Of a stretch of 64,000 nucleotides of DNA, positions 24,356 through 34,723 are shown piece by piece. The DNA lies in assembly GCA_963828195.1 (NCBI GenBank), contig CAWHDT010000007.1, forward strand, positions 32,001 to 96,000, in the 5' to 3' direction. How positions within the stretch are numbered: the first letter of the stretch is position 1; the number at the start of each line of letters is the position of its first letter. The translations under genes and the position numbers were made by a program. This DNA comes from Candidatus Bathyarchaeota archaeon (GTDB taxonomy: Archaea > Thermoproteota > Bathyarchaeia > Bathyarchaeales > Bathycorpusculaceae). The notes under the pieces were generated by a model. The model did not search any database and had not been told where the DNA came from. It was given only the letters and a program-made list of their open reading frames with translations.

Positions 24356-26367
24356 GCTTGTTTTGAATCAAGAACAACTTCGGTGTAGACATGGTTCTGC
24401 TTAAACGGCTTAAACACTGTACCGCTATCCTGATAGAATTTGCTAAACCACTCGTAAAAGTGCAGTCTTAGCGTGTGAATGAAAACTATTAAGCCTTCAA
24501 GCGCAATCACGAAAATGTTTCCGCCAACGATGATTACGCCGCTGAGAATCAACGCTGGAACCGAAGCGAAACCTATCTCGCCAGCTATAGTGTAGGTTGC
24601 AAGAAGCAATGCAAAGTGAGCCATAAGCAAAGCAAGAATTCGCGCGTAAGAAATACTGTTGCTAAGCAAACGAGTCAAGAAATCCCCGCTCTCAAAAATT
24701 CTTTCCCCAAACGAGGTTTCTCCCCCTTTTTTGCTTTGGCTTCCAATGGAACGTTGCGAAAATTTCGCCGCAGTCAAGAAAATGGGTTTGCCAAGAGCTA
24801 AAACCAAAAAGGGTACGATGATCAGCAGGATTGGACCGGAAAACCATAAGCTAATATTTAACTTGTAAACTGCAATAAGAGAAACTCCGCCAAGATACAA
24901 CACCATTTGAGGCACGGCTGTTAAAACTGCATCTATCACATTATGCTTAAGCAAAAAGTTCACGAGCTGCAAAACCAAACCGATCATGATTTGTATTACG
25001 CCTACGATGAGGCTGAAAATTAGGAAATCAAAGACATTACTGACCGGATTGAAAGGACTGAACCATAAAGGAGCAAACAAGGGCTTCCCAAAAAAATCGC
25101 CATACATTATTCCCATAACAAGGGCGCTGGCGCCGCATGATGCCATAATCCAGCAGACATTTTTTATTGCTTGGTTCTTTTTGATCAATATCGCAAGCGT
25201 TAACCCGCCGACCAGGAGGATTAAGCCGTGTCCAACGTCGCCGAACATTAACCCGAAAATAATGGGGAACGTGATTGCAATAAGAAAAGTCGGATCTATT
25301 TCGTCGTAAAATGGTAGACCCCAGAGTTTGGTCAACTCTTCAAAAGGCGCGACAAATCTGTTGTGGCTCATCTTAGTTGGCGGGTCTTTAGCCTCAGCTA
25401 CGTCAGTTTCCAGCACCAAAACTTTTTCGCCCAGCAGCGAATGGACTTTTCTGTTAAGTGCATGAAACTTTTTCGTGGGCACAAAACCTTTAACAGTTGC
25501 GAGGCGCCCGGATTCAAGGATTTTTCTTTTCGCTTGCAACAAAGCCAGAATATTTTCGGTGGTTTCATGCCAACATGCAAGCTTGTTTTTGTATTCTTTA
25601 CCTAACTTGCTTAGTGAACTTAAAACTGTTTTTTCCTCATGCGCGTTTTCTTTTGTTTTTTTATTAACTTCTTTGAGTGCCTCGGATGTGTTGTGCGGCA
25701 GATCTTCAGGAATCGTAAATATGCGGGCGCGGTGTATCTTGAGGATTCTTTCAACTTCTTCCCGCTGTTTGCTTGGCATGGCTAAATATACAAAGTCAAA
25801 GTCCTTGGTTAAGTAAGAACGATGCAGAACAATCGGGAACCCCTTAAGCGCCACTGTTAATCCATCAAAATTTTTGTGTGGAACGCTTGCGATGGAGACA
25901 TGAATTAATTTTAGTTCTCCGAAGGCTGCAAGGTCCATGCCCATCTTATCCATCGTCGTAAGCATGTATTGGAGGTGATTGAGCTGAGAGGCTTTTTCTC
26001 GCAGACTTGATAGGGAAACATTGAATTCGTCGGCTTCTTTTTTCAGAGCGTAGATTTCTTGGCGGGTGGATTCCAGCAGGGCTTGCCAATTTTCGGCGGT
26101 TACATGCATTTTAGTGGGTTGTGATGCCTCGAAAATGTCAAAAAAACCTGGTTTTTCTTGGATAAGCTGTTTAGTCAACTCGTTAATGGTTGAGAGGGAA
26201 TCCTCAACCCGCTGGATGCGTTGGTTATATTCAGAGGGGCCTGTGTTAGCTTCGGCTGCTTGTTCCACGTGGAATTCTCCGAAGCTGCTTAGCGCTTCCA
26301 GTACCGATTCGACGTCTTTTCTGACGCAGATTATCGACGTAAAAGTCATTCTTTCTGGTCGAAGCAT
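24352..26367 (-). CDS. atpI: A/V-type ATP synthase subunit I (a), on the opposite strand
   Basis: MLRPERM start, PFE.LT..WGLP.YDEIDPT, FGLMFGDVGHG, essential Arg in SYARILAL, HTLRLHFYEWFSKFY. Confidence 0.95.
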   Translation of the reverse strand: MLRPERMTFTSIICVRKDVESVLEALSSFGEFHVEQAAEANTGPSEYNQRIQRVEDSLSTINELTKQLIQEKPGFFDIFEASQPTKMHVTAENWQALLESTRQEIYALKKEADEFNVSLSSLREKASQLNHLQYMLTTMDKMGMDLAAFGELKLIHVSIASVPHKNFDGLTVALKGFPIVLHRSYLTKDFDFVYLAMPSKQREEVERILKIHRARIFTIPEDLPHNTSEALKEVNKKTKENAHEEKTVLSSLSKLGKEYKNKLACWHETTENILALLQAKRKILESGRLATVKGFVPTKKFHALNRKVHSLLGEKVLVLETDVAEAKDPPTKMSHNRFVAPFEELTKLWGLPFYDEIDPTFLIAITFPIIFGLMFGDVGHGLILLVGGLTLAILIKKNQAIKNVCWIMASCGASALVMGIMYGDFFGKPLFAPLWFSPFNPVSNVFDFLIFSLIVGVIQIMIGLVLQLVNFLLKHNVIDAVLTAVPQMVLYLGGVSLIAVYKLNISLWFSGPILLIIVPFLVLALGKPIFLTAAKFSQRSIGSQSKKGGETSFGERIFESGDFLTRLLSNSISYARILALLMAHFALLLATYTIAGEIGFASVPALILSGVIIVGGNIFVIALEGLIVFIHTLRLHFYEWFSKFYQDSGTVFKPFKQNHVYTEVVLDSKQA

Positions 26368-26424
26368 GTTCCCTAACAAAATGTTGATTAACCTAAGAAT
26401 TAAAAGTTTCATTAGGAACACAAG

Positions 26425-26733
26425 ATGCTTGGTTACGTTATCGGCGACAGCGACATGGTAACTGGCTTTAGGCTTGTCGGCATTGACGGAGTCGAAGTAA
26501 CTTCAGCCGATGAGACAGTGCAGGCTTTAAATAAAGCGCTTGCGCGCAGTGACCTAGCAGTCATAATCATAAGTGAAGAATATTCCAATAAACCGCAGTT
26601 GCATCAAACAATCGACCAAGTTCGCCGGGAACGCAGGAGCCCGCTAATCGTTGAGATACCTGGAAGCAAAGGAAAACCAACTGAAATCCGCATGTCTGAC
26701 TTAATAAGCAAAACCTTAGGCGTTAGATTGTAG
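26425..26733 (+). CDS. atpF: A/V-type ATP synthase subunit F
   Basis: VIGDSDMVTGFRLVGI, PLIVEIP. Confidence 0.93.
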   Translation: MLGYVIGDSDMVTGFRLVGIDGVEVTSADETVQALNKALARSDLAVIIISEEYSNKPQLHQTIDQVRRERRSPLIVEIPGSKGKPTEIRMSDLISKTLGVRL

Positions 26734-26745
26734 AGGCGTTTAAAC

Positions 26746-27366
26746 GTGAGTGTCAAAGATGGTTTGTTTGCGATTACAAGTGAAGTTTTAGCGGATGTGC
26801 AAAAAGAAGCAGAAGCCATAATTTTGGCGGCTGAAAATGAAGCGAAAGAAACATTAAAAACAGCCAAAAAACAAGCAGACCAAAACTACCAGGATATAAT
26901 TAATGATGAGAAGACAAATGCTGAAAACGAAAAGCGGAAAATAACCTCGGTTACGGAAGTTGAGATAAGGAATAATCTGCTTCAAACCAAAGAAGAGTTA
27001 GTTGACAGCGTTTTCGAGAAAGCTGTCGAGAAACTGGAAGATTTTGTTAAAACTGAGGAATACCGAAAGTATCTGCTTAAAATTATAGAAGAAGTGGTTA
27101 AAAAAATCGGCAGAAAAAACGTTGTTGTGAAAGTTAACGGCAAAGATAAAACTTGGCTCACGCAAGAAATGCTGAACCGTTTGTCTAAGAAGCTACGTAG
27201 GCAATTGACGCTGTCTGACGAAAAAGAAGATTTCATTGGCGGCTGCAAAATCCAAACCATAGACGGCAAAATAACCTGCGATAGCACCATAGATAATCGG
27301 TTGCAAGAACTCAAGCCTACCTTACGGGTTGAAGCGGCAAAAATACTGTTCGGGAAGGAGGCCTAG
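26746..27366 (+). CDS. atpE: A/V-type ATP synthase subunit E
   Basis: N-terminal coiled coil, IGGCKIQT.DGKI..DSTID.RL, C-terminal ILFG. Confidence 0.9.
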   Translation: MSVKDGLFAITSEVLADVQKEAEAIILAAENEAKETLKTAKKQADQNYQDIINDEKTNAENEKRKITSVTEVEIRNNLLQTKEELVDSVFEKAVEKLEDFVKTEEYRKYLLKIIEEVVKKIGRKNVVVKVNGKDKTWLTQEMLNRLSKKLRRQLTLSDEKEDFIGGCKIQTIDGKITCDSTIDNRLQELKPTLRVEAAKILFGKEA

Positions 27367-27371
27367 AAAAC

Positions 27372-29141
27372 ATGCTGGTTAAAGGAAGCGTAATTCGAGT
27401 TGCGGGGCCAGTTGTTGAAGCCAAAGGCATGGCACGAGCCGTTATGCATGAACTTGTTGAAGTAGGTAAAGAGGGCTTAATAGGTGAAATTATTCGTTTA
27501 GAAGGGGAACGTGCAACAATTCAAGTTTACCAGAACACTTCTGGACTTAAACTTAACGAGCCTGTGATAGGAACTGGAAACCCTCTTTCAGTGGAGCTTG
27601 CTCCGGGATTAGTGGGAAACGTTTTCGACGGCATCCAAAGACCATTAGAAGTGTTGAAGACACTTACTGGACCATTTATTAAACAAGTGCACGGAGTGTC
27701 ACCCCTTTCAACTGATAAAAAATGGGCTTTTATACCCAAGGCAACAGTGGGAAATAAGCTTGGAAGTGGCGATGTCATTGGAACAGTGTCAGAAACCGAT
27801 TTGGTTGAACACCGCATACTTGTCCCACCGACCATGCAGGGCAAACTAGTCCAAATTGCACCGCAAGGCAACTACACAATCATAGAAACCATCGCCACCA
27901 TAGAAGAAAACGGAAAAAAAACTGACCTGAAAATGCTTCAGAAATGGCCGGTACGGGAGCCTAGGCCGTACAGCCGAAGGCTTCCTGCATCTGCTCCTTT
28001 AATCACGGGGCAACGTGTAATTGACACTTTCTTTCCAATAGCTAAGGGCGGAAGCGCTTCTATTCCAGGCGGTTTTGGCACTGGAAAAACTATTACTCAG
28101 CAACAGCTTGCCAAATGGTCAGATGCAGACTTGGTAATTTACGTGGGCTGCGGTGAAAGGGGCAACGAAATGGTAGATGTGTTGACTAGCTTTCCCAAGT
28201 TAACTGACCCTACAACTGGGCACCCGCTTATGGAGCGAACCATACTTATCGCTAACACAAGCAACATGCCAGTCTCTGCCCGTGAAGCCAGCATCTACAC
28301 AGGAATAACCATAGCTGAATACTATCGAGACATGGGTTACGCAGTGGCTTTGATGGCGGATTCCACAAGCAGGTGGGCAGAAGCGCTGAGAGAAATTTCA
28401 GGGAGGCTTGAGGAGATGCCTGCAGAGGAAGGCTTCCCAAGCTATTTGCCGTCTCGCCTAGCGGAATTTTATGAGCGTACAGGCGTCGTGGAACCATTAG
28501 GTGCAGAAAAACGCGTCGGCTCAATTTGTGCAATTGGAGCGGTTTCTCCTCCCGGCGGCGACTTTACTGAGCCAGTGACTCAGCATACTAAACGTTTCAC
28601 ACGGGTTTTCTGGGCTTTAGACCCTGAATTGGCAGATGCTAGGCATTATCCCGCGATTAATTGGGTTCAAAGCTACAGCGGATACATAGGTGAACTTGCA
28701 GGTTGGTGGCAAGACAAAGTGGATAAAGACTGGAATAGCTATCGAGAACAGGCAATGCGCATACTGCAGACGGAGGACGAATTGAAAAACATCGTTAAAC
28801 TGGTCGGTCCAGAAGCTTTGCCTGATAAACAGCGCTTAATTTTAGAGACAGCCCGAATAATCCGCACGGCTTTTTTGCAGCAGAATGCCTTGGATCCAGT
28901 GGATACTTACTGCTCTCCTCAAAAACAATTCAAAATGCTTAAAATAATTATGGATTTCAACAGTTTAGCCGAGCGTGTTGTAAACAAGGGCGCACCAATC
29001 TTCAAGATTACACAGCTGCCAATCACAGAGGAGATCATGCGCATGAAAACTTCAGTGGCAAACGACAAAGTAAATCTTTTAGACGATTTGGAAACACGAA
29101 TGAATCAGATCTTCGAAATGTTGGAGGCAAGTTTGAGGTAA
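27372..29141 (+). CDS. atpA: A/V-type ATP synthase subunit A (catalytic), no intein
   Basis: GGFGTGKT Walker [28 protein letters not shown]. Confidence 0.97.
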   Translation: MLVKGSVIRVAGPVVEAKGMARAVMHELVEVGKEGLIGEIIRLEGERATIQVYQNTSGLKLNEPVIGTGNPLSVELAPGLVGNVFDGIQRPLEVLKTLTGPFIKQVHGVSPLSTDKKWAFIPKATVGNKLGSGDVIGTVSETDLVEHRILVPPTMQGKLVQIAPQGNYTIIETIATIEENGKKTDLKMLQKWPVREPRPYSRRLPASAPLITGQRVIDTFFPIAKGGSASIPGGFGTGKTITQQQLAKWSDADLVIYVGCGERGNEMVDVLTSFPKLTDPTTGHPLMERTILIANTSNMPVSAREASIYTGITIAEYYRDMGYAVALMADSTSRWAEALREISGRLEEMPAEEGFPSYLPSRLAEFYERTGVVEPLGAEKRVGSICAIGAVSPPGGDFTEPVTQHTKRFTRVFWALDPELADARHYPAINWVQSYSGYIGELAGWWQDKVDKDWNSYREQAMRILQTEDELKNIVKLVGPEALPDKQRLILETARIIRTAFLQQNALDPVDTYCSPQKQFKMLKIIMDFNSLAERVVNKGAPIFKITQLPITEEIMRMKTSVANDKVNLLDDLETRMNQIFEMLEASLR

Positions 29142-29146
29142 AGCGT

Positions 29147-30544
29147 ATGGCAGGCACAGGATTAGAGTATAAAGGTGTAGCCTCGATTTCAGGCCCAATA
29201 ATCATAGTAGAAAATGTAGGAGAAGTAAGTTTCGACGAACTTGTATCGGTGAAAACCCAGACTGGAGAAATGCGCCTAGGCAAAGTTATTGAGGTAACTC
29301 AGAAAGCCGTAACCGTCCAAGTCTTCGAAGGCACAACAGGTCTGTCGCCTTCGGAAACGCGTACTCGGTTTCTTGGAAGACCGCTGGAAGTGCCTGTATC
29401 TACAGAGATGCTTGGGCGCGTAATGAACAGTTTCGGCGAACCCATTGACGGTCACCCCCGATTTTTTACGGAAGAGAGACTTGACGTGAATGGTTTCCCT
29501 TTGAATCCGACTGCTCGCGAATATCCAAGAGACTTCATCCAGACGGGCATATCTGCAATTGACGGCTTAACCAGTCTTGTCCGTGGGCAGAAGCTTCCAA
29601 TCTTTAGCGGTCCAGGCTTATCTCACAACGAGCTTGCCGCTCAAATTGTGAGGCAATCGCAGATTCGAGGCGGAAGCGAAGAATTCTATATTGTTTTCAT
29701 TGCAATGGGGTTAGAGCATGATGATGCCGCTTTTTTCCAAAAAAGCTTCGAGGAAACCGGCGCAATAAAAAACGTGGCGATGTTCCTTAACTTAGCTGAG
29801 GACCCGCCTGTGGAACGAATTATTACGCCCAGAGCTGGTTTGACTTTGGCGGAGTATTTGGCGTTTGAGAAGGAATCGCATGTGCTTGTGCTCTTGACAG
29901 ATATGACAAATTACTGCGAAGCACTGCGTGAAGTTAGCGCTTCAATGGAGGAAGTGCCTAGTAGAAAGGGTTATCCTGGTTACATGTACAGTGACCTTGC
30001 AAGCTTATACGAGCGTGCAGGCAGAATCGCTGGCAAGAAGGGCTCCATAACTCAGATGCCTATTTTGACCATGCCAAACGATGACATAACGCATCCTATC
30101 CCCGACTTAACAGGCTATATTACTGAAGGGCAAATTGTCTTGTCCCGCGCCCTGGAAAAACAGAGCATTTATCCCCCAATCAACATAACCACGAGCCTCT
30201 CCAGATTGATGAAGGATGGCATAGGAAAAGACAGCACGCGGGAAGACCACGCTGACGTTGCAAGTCAACTATACGCAGCTTATGCTCAGTACAATGCTGT
30301 GAAATCTTTAGCTACAATTATCGGCGAAGAGGGGTTAGGAAACAGAGATAAAGATTATTTGCGCTTTGGTGAAAATTTCGAGCGGACGCTTATTAATCAA
30401 GGTAAAAACGAGAACAGGTCAATTGAGCAAACTCTTTCGATTGCTTGGGATGCCCTGTCAATTTTGCAGGAAGAAGAATTAACAAGAATCCATCCTGAAT
30501 TAATCAAGAAGTATTTTCCAAAAATTGTTCAAGAGGTAACGTGA
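29147..30544 (+). CDS. atpB: A/V-type ATP synthase subunit B
   Basis: [53 protein letters not shown]. Confidence 0.97.
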   Translation: MAGTGLEYKGVASISGPIIIVENVGEVSFDELVSVKTQTGEMRLGKVIEVTQKAVTVQVFEGTTGLSPSETRTRFLGRPLEVPVSTEMLGRVMNSFGEPIDGHPRFFTEERLDVNGFPLNPTAREYPRDFIQTGISAIDGLTSLVRGQKLPIFSGPGLSHNELAAQIVRQSQIRGGSEEFYIVFIAMGLEHDDAAFFQKSFEETGAIKNVAMFLNLAEDPPVERIITPRAGLTLAEYLAFEKESHVLVLLTDMTNYCEALREVSASMEEVPSRKGYPGYMYSDLASLYERAGRIAGKKGSITQMPILTMPNDDITHPIPDLTGYITEGQIVLSRALEKQSIYPPINITTSLSRLMKDGIGKDSTREDHADVASQLYAAYAQYNAVKSLATIIGEEGLGNRDKDYLRFGENFERTLINQGKNENRSIEQTLSIAWDALSILQEEELTRIHPELIKKYFPKIVQEVT

Positions 30545-30548
30545 CAAA

Positions 30549-31184
30549 ATGTCTCTTGAGAACGTTAGTCCAACAAGAATTAATCTCATTCAAACAAAAA
30601 AGACCCTGAGTTTAGCCGAGTCCGGGCGTGAGGTACTTGAACGTAAACGTGACATTTTGCTCCGCGAGCTAAGAAACAGCATTTATGACGCTGAAAAAAA
30701 CCGAGAAGAGTTATTGGAGGCTCTCGCGAGAGCCTACCAGAGTTTAAAGGAGGCAAATATGGCTAAGGGATCGGAAACAGTTGCTAACGTGGCTTTGGGC
30801 TCAAGTTATGAAGCGGATTTCCTCATGGATTTTAGAAGCATTATGGGCGTGACTGTTCCTACCGTGGAGTTTCAAAACGAGTCTGACGCAAAGCCTGATT
30901 ATGGTTTCGCTAATACTAGCGCGGAGCTTGATAAAGCGTTTAAGCAGTTCTACAGTGTGCTGGGATTAATTGCTAATTTAGCTAGAGCTGAGGGCACCAC
31001 GTTTCAGATTGCTAATGATGTGCGAAGGACTCAGCGGCGAGTAAACGCTTTGAATAACGTACTTATCCCCATGTACCGTAACATTACTAAGCGGATTGAA
31101 CTTGTTTTGGAAGAAAAGGACCGCGAAGAGTTTGTTCGAACTAAGCGAATTAAGCACATGATTAAGGAGCATGGAATAAGATGA
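30549..31184 (+). CDS. atpD: A/V-type ATP synthase subunit D
   Basis: PTRINL, LERKRDIL, IMGV.VP, TQRRVNAL..VLIP, LEE.DREEF.R.K. Confidence 0.95.
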   Translation: MSLENVSPTRINLIQTKKTLSLAESGREVLERKRDILLRELRNSIYDAEKNREELLEALARAYQSLKEANMAKGSETVANVALGSSYEADFLMDFRSIMGVTVPTVEFQNESDAKPDYGFANTSAELDKAFKQFYSVLGLIANLARAEGTTFQIANDVRRTQRRVNALNNVLIPMYRNITKRIELVLEEKDREEFVRTKRIKHMIKEHGIR

Positions 31185-31624
31185 GTGCAGATTTCAAGAA
31201 TGTGAAAAAAATTTTGATTCCCATTGACGGCTCAGATTACAGCATACGTGCTGCAGAGTACGGTATCAGCGTTGCCAAAATGCTTGATGCCGAAATTATG
31301 GTTGTTTACGTCATGGATCAGATTGTTCTTGACCAAATTTCCAAAGCAACCGACCGTGAGGATGTTGAACGGGATCTAAAGAAAGATGGTCAACAATACA
31401 TCAATTATGTTCTTAGTGAAGCGCAAAAAGAAGGCATTAAAGCTGCTTCTTTGCTTGCGAAAGGAAGACCGTTTGAACAGATTGTTCATTTAGCTAAAGG
31501 TTTAAACATGGATTTAATTGTAATGGGCACTTATGGGCTAAGAGGCGCAGAGAGAATTCTTATCGGCAGCGTTGCCGAACGAGTAATTGAATACTCACCT
31601 TGCCCTGTGTTAGTCGTTAAATGA
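31181..31624 (+). CDS. Universal stress protein (UspA family)
   Basis: KILIPIDGS, LIVMGTYG, LIGSVAERVIEYSPCPVLVVK; ATGA overlap with atpD. Confidence 0.95.
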   Translation: MSADFKNVKKILIPIDGSDYSIRAAEYGISVAKMLDAEIMVVYVMDQIVLDQISKATDREDVERDLKKDGQQYINYVLSEAQKEGIKAASLLAKGRPFEQIVHLAKGLNMDLIVMGTYGLRGAERILIGSVAERVIEYSPCPVLVVK

Positions 31625-31644
31625 CAGCGGTAGGAGCGTAACCA

Positions 31645-31842
31645 ATGTCGAAAAACCCAAAGTTAGAAAAAGACTACAAGAAATTTAACAAAAGCATAGA
31701 ACGTGAGGCTGAAGATGAAATAAAGAAAATCCAACAAGAAACCACTGCACTTAAAGAAGAAGCCGGCAAAATAGGCGAAGCTGCCGAACGCTCCATTAAA
31801 GCAAATGAAGCCAAGACAACCAAGAAAAAAGTTAATACCTAG
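31645..31842 (+). CDS. Small charged helical protein in the ATP synthase operon
   Basis: AGGAG RBS, 65 aa, K/E-rich helix. Confidence 0.6.
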   Translation: MSKNPKLEKDYKKFNKSIEREAEDEIKKIQQETTALKEEAGKIGEAAERSIKANEAKTTKKKVNT

Positions 31843-31874
31843 ACAAGCGTTGTTTTTATTGGAGCTAGGTTGCT

Positions 31875-32216
31875 TTGAAACATAGACTATTAATTTTGCT
31901 TTTTTTGATTCCGCTGGCACTTCTGCCTCTTCTCGGAGTAGCCGCAGCATTCACAATTTCCACACTTCAAACGACTACAACAACAACGGCGACTGGACCA
32001 TACGATACACTGGGCCTAGCAATCGGCGCCGGATTAGCTATTGGCTTATCTTCCTTAGGCGCTGGACTTGGAATCTCCGCCGTTGGCAGCGCCGCCATCA
32101 GTGCACTATCTGAGAAGCCTGAAACTTTCTTTAGGAGTTTCTTGATTGTGGCGTTGTCTGAAGCCTTAGCTATTTATGGGTTAATCATGGGAATTCTACT
32201 TTGGATAAAAATATAA
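31875..32216 (+). CDS. atpK: A/V-type ATP synthase subunit K (c, proteolipid) with N-terminal signal-like helix
   Basis: GLAIGL..LGAG.G...VG.AA...SEKPE; ion-binding Glu in LSEALAIYGL. Confidence 0.93.
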   Translation: MKHRLLILLFLIPLALLPLLGVAAAFTISTLQTTTTTTATGPYDTLGLAIGAGLAIGLSSLGAGLGISAVGSAAISALSEKPETFFRSFLIVALSEALAIYGLIMGILLWIKI

Positions 32217-32440
32217 AAAGCAAGGGCGCTTTTGGGCATGCGTGCTGTATTCGTTTTTTCTTGAACAAGAAAGATAAGTAGCTATACTGCTGACCTTGAG
32301 AATTTCTACATAGTCCTAATTAATTTCTTTCCGGTTTTATTTCTCTGGAACTAAACTTAGGAAAATAAAATTGGTGAAAAAACCGCAATCTTTTAGACCG
32401 ACGCTCGATAACTTAAATATATGAAGTTACTCCTGATGAT

Positions 32441-32959
32441 TTGTCCGTGAGTGATAATGACTTATCAAAAGTAGTTTGGCTTGCTTTTTTGGTTGTCCTC
32501 TTAGCTGCCGTCGTGGCGGGTGCGGTGATTGGTTACAATTTGAAGCCTTCAACGACCTCAGTCGCCAGTGTGCCGAAAACCGCGGATATAACTTTGGTAG
32601 TTCAAGGTGACGTGAAACTTGGTCCCGATGGTTTACTTCACGACGCTTTTACGCCATGCAACTTCACCGTCTACGCAGGACAAGAAGTGAACCTAACAAT
32701 TATAAACTATGATAACGGAGAACATAGCTTTACTAGCCCAAGCTTGGGAGTGAACTTTGCGGTACCGCCAAGCAATGAAACGGGAGTTCCAACAGTGTCT
32801 AATTACCAGTTTAACGAGGCAACAGCTGGCGTTTACCGTTGGTGGTGCACATATCCATGCGATACCGATGCAGGGGACTGGGCAATGATGACCGGCAGCG
32901 ATGGGCAACCTGACCAGATTGGATACATGGGCGGATTCGTAACCGTCCTACAAGGATAA
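32441..32959 (+). CDS. Membrane-anchored cupredoxin-fold protein with atypical C-x2-P-C...M site
   Basis: N-terminal TM, F.P.NFTV..GQ.V.LTI.N.D...HSF, GVYRWWCTYPCD...GYMGG.VTV. Confidence 0.75.
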   Translation: MSVSDNDLSKVVWLAFLVVLLAAVVAGAVIGYNLKPSTTSVASVPKTADITLVVQGDVKLGPDGLLHDAFTPCNFTVYAGQEVNLTIINYDNGEHSFTSPSLGVNFAVPPSNETGVPTVSNYQFNEATAGVYRWWCTYPCDTDAGDWAMMTGSDGQPDQIGYMGGFVTVLQG

Positions 32960-33105
32960 ACAACTAATAATTCGCAAATGTAGTCGCATCAAAAGGATTA
33001 AAGGATGAACCTTCAAACCTTTTCTTGTCTGAGGAAAAGACACTCTCAACTTATCTTTATGAAAATATGTTTGAAAATGAAAAAAGCCCTAAGATGATCG
33101 ACTAA

Positions 33106-33510
33106 TCATTCTTTCGCGTCTGTTATCATGACTGAGAATTTTATTTGTTTAACTGGCTTGTTGGCTTTTAGTCCGTCAATGAGGCTTTTAAGCCGCTCGG
33201 AGGGTCCTTTTACCGCCATAACCTCAAGGCAGCTTGTTTCATTTAGATGCGAGTGCAGATATGCTGCAATCATGTCTCCGTATTCATGCTGCAGGTGGAA
33301 CAATTCTTCATTTTGCTCTGTCTTCTCATAAAGAACGGTTATGGTGGCTATCACGTTTCCTTTGATTTTGTCTAATTCGTTATATTCTGTAATGTAGTTT
33401 CTGACAGCTTGCCTGATCACTTCGGATCTGGTCGCAGAGTGCTGTTCACCTAAAACACCATCCAACTCTTTGAGCAGTTCCTCAGGCAGTGAAACGCTAA
33501 TTATTTCCAC
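33106..33510 (-). CDS. nikR: NikR-family metal-responsive regulator
   Basis: RHH IISVSLPEELL.ELD...RSEVIRQAVR; metal ligands QHEY and HSHLNETSCLE. Confidence 0.88.
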   Translation of the reverse strand: MEIISVSLPEELLKELDGVLGEQHSATRSEVIRQAVRNYITEYNELDKIKGNVIATITVLYEKTEQNEELFHLQHEYGDMIAAYLHSHLNETSCLEVMAVKGPSERLKSLIDGLKANKPVKQIKFSVMITDAKE

Positions 33511-33528
33511 GTAATTCTCCTCAACAGC

Positions 33529-33556
33529 TTATTGTAACAAGATGTTTAACTAATAA
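33529..33556. promoter_or_regulatory. Putative NikR operator (autoregulatory), TTATTG-N16-TAATAA
   Basis: Imperfect inverted repeat with 16-bp spacer immediately upstream of nikR. Confidence 0.55.
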
Positions 33557-33656
33557 ATCGTCTTATGCCACGTTGGCTTATGCACCATTAAGATGAGTGG
33601 TTCTAAATGATTTAGTTTTGATTTTCTTTTGCTCTGTCCAGCCAAAAACTGCGTGG

Positions 33657-33688
33657 AGTTATTAAAAAATGAGTAAAACTTAATAACT
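33657..33688. promoter_or_regulatory. Putative NikR operator over the ABC operon promoter, AGTTATTAA-N14-TTAATAACT
   Basis: Perfect 9-bp inverted repeat (core TTATTA-N16-TAATAA) overlapping the TATA-like AAACTTAATA about 40 nt before ATG 33726. Confidence 0.7.
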
Positions 33689-33725
33689 TGGGCTGACTAC
33701 AATGCACATATAGGCAGATTAGGAT

Positions 33726-34721
33726 ATGCGGAAAACAACATCTATAATTATTGCAGTAATCTTGGTGGTGTTAATTGTGGGAGGAGCCTTCACAGGCATA
33801 TATCTCTCAAAACATTCAACCTCTACAAGTTCCACTGGAGTGACTGGCACTACGGGAGTGACCGGCACTGCAAGTTCTAATGGAGTGATAAAGATAGTTG
33901 CCGCTGAAAATTTCTGGGGCAGCTTAGTATCTCAACTTGGAGGAACAAAAGTTAATGTGACGAGCATCGTTTCAGACCCCAATACTGACCCTCACGAATA
34001 CGAAAGCAATGCCGCTGACGCCATAGCAATCGCAAATGCCCAATTCGTAATTGTCAACGGAGCCGGATATGACACTTGGGCTCTTCAGCTGATTTCCGCA
34101 AGCGCTTCTTCAAATCAAGTTGTCTTAAACGTCCAAGAACTCATCAACCAAACAATTGACGCTAATCCCCACTTCTGGTACAGCCCCTACTATGTGAATG
34201 ACACTGTAGCTGAGATGTACAAAATCCTCTGCGCCATCGAACCATCCGCCACCTCATACTTTACACAGCAGTATCAAATATTGAAAGATGGCAACGGCCC
34301 TAATGATATATCGCTTAGCACATACAACGCGCGGATTGACGAGATAGCGCAAGATTTTGCCGGCACAAAGGTAGGATCTACGGAGAGCATCTTTGTGTAT
34401 CTCGCGAACGCCACCGGTCTTGACCTAGTGTCTCCTCCTGCATTCATGGAAGCCGTCGCAGAAGGAAACGATCCCCCAGCGCAGAGCGTCGTACAGTTCG
34501 ATAATCTCATTACGAATGGAACCATCACTATGCTGGTCTACAACGAACAAACTGTGACGCTGCTCACGACGAGCATCAAAGCACTAGCTGCTAAATATGA
34601 CATTCCGATTGTTGGAGTGACAGAGACTATACAGCCGCCGGATGTCTCGTTCCAAACTTGGATGAATGCTGAGTTACTCGCAATTCAAGACACACTTAAC
34701 GCAAATGCCCTTGGTCAGTAA
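33726..34721 (+). CDS. Zn/Mn-type (cluster A-I) metal ABC transporter substrate-binding protein
   Basis: N-terminal TM anchor, IVAAENFWGS, DPHEYE, NGAGYD.W, NPHFWY. Confidence 0.9.
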   Translation: MRKTTSIIIAVILVVLIVGGAFTGIYLSKHSTSTSSTGVTGTTGVTGTASSNGVIKIVAAENFWGSLVSQLGGTKVNVTSIVSDPNTDPHEYESNAADAIAIANAQFVIVNGAGYDTWALQLISASASSNQVVLNVQELINQTIDANPHFWYSPYYVNDTVAEMYKILCAIEPSATSYFTQQYQILKDGNGPNDISLSTYNARIDEIAQDFAGTKVGSTESIFVYLANATGLDLVSPPAFMEAVAEGNDPPAQSVVQFDNLITNGTITMLVYNEQTVTLLTTSIKALAAKYDIPIVGVTETIQPPDVSFQTWMNAELLAIQDTLNANALGQ

Positions 34722-34723
34722 AT

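Noticed and set aside
24352-26424. atpI as a recombinase-driven invertible switch
   Set aside because: No inverted repeats flanking both ends and no recombinase nearby; the stop overlap and own promoter suggest a fixed arrangement
33834-33869. 18-bp tandem duplication
   Set aside because: Encodes the TGVTGT linker of the binding protein; ordinary
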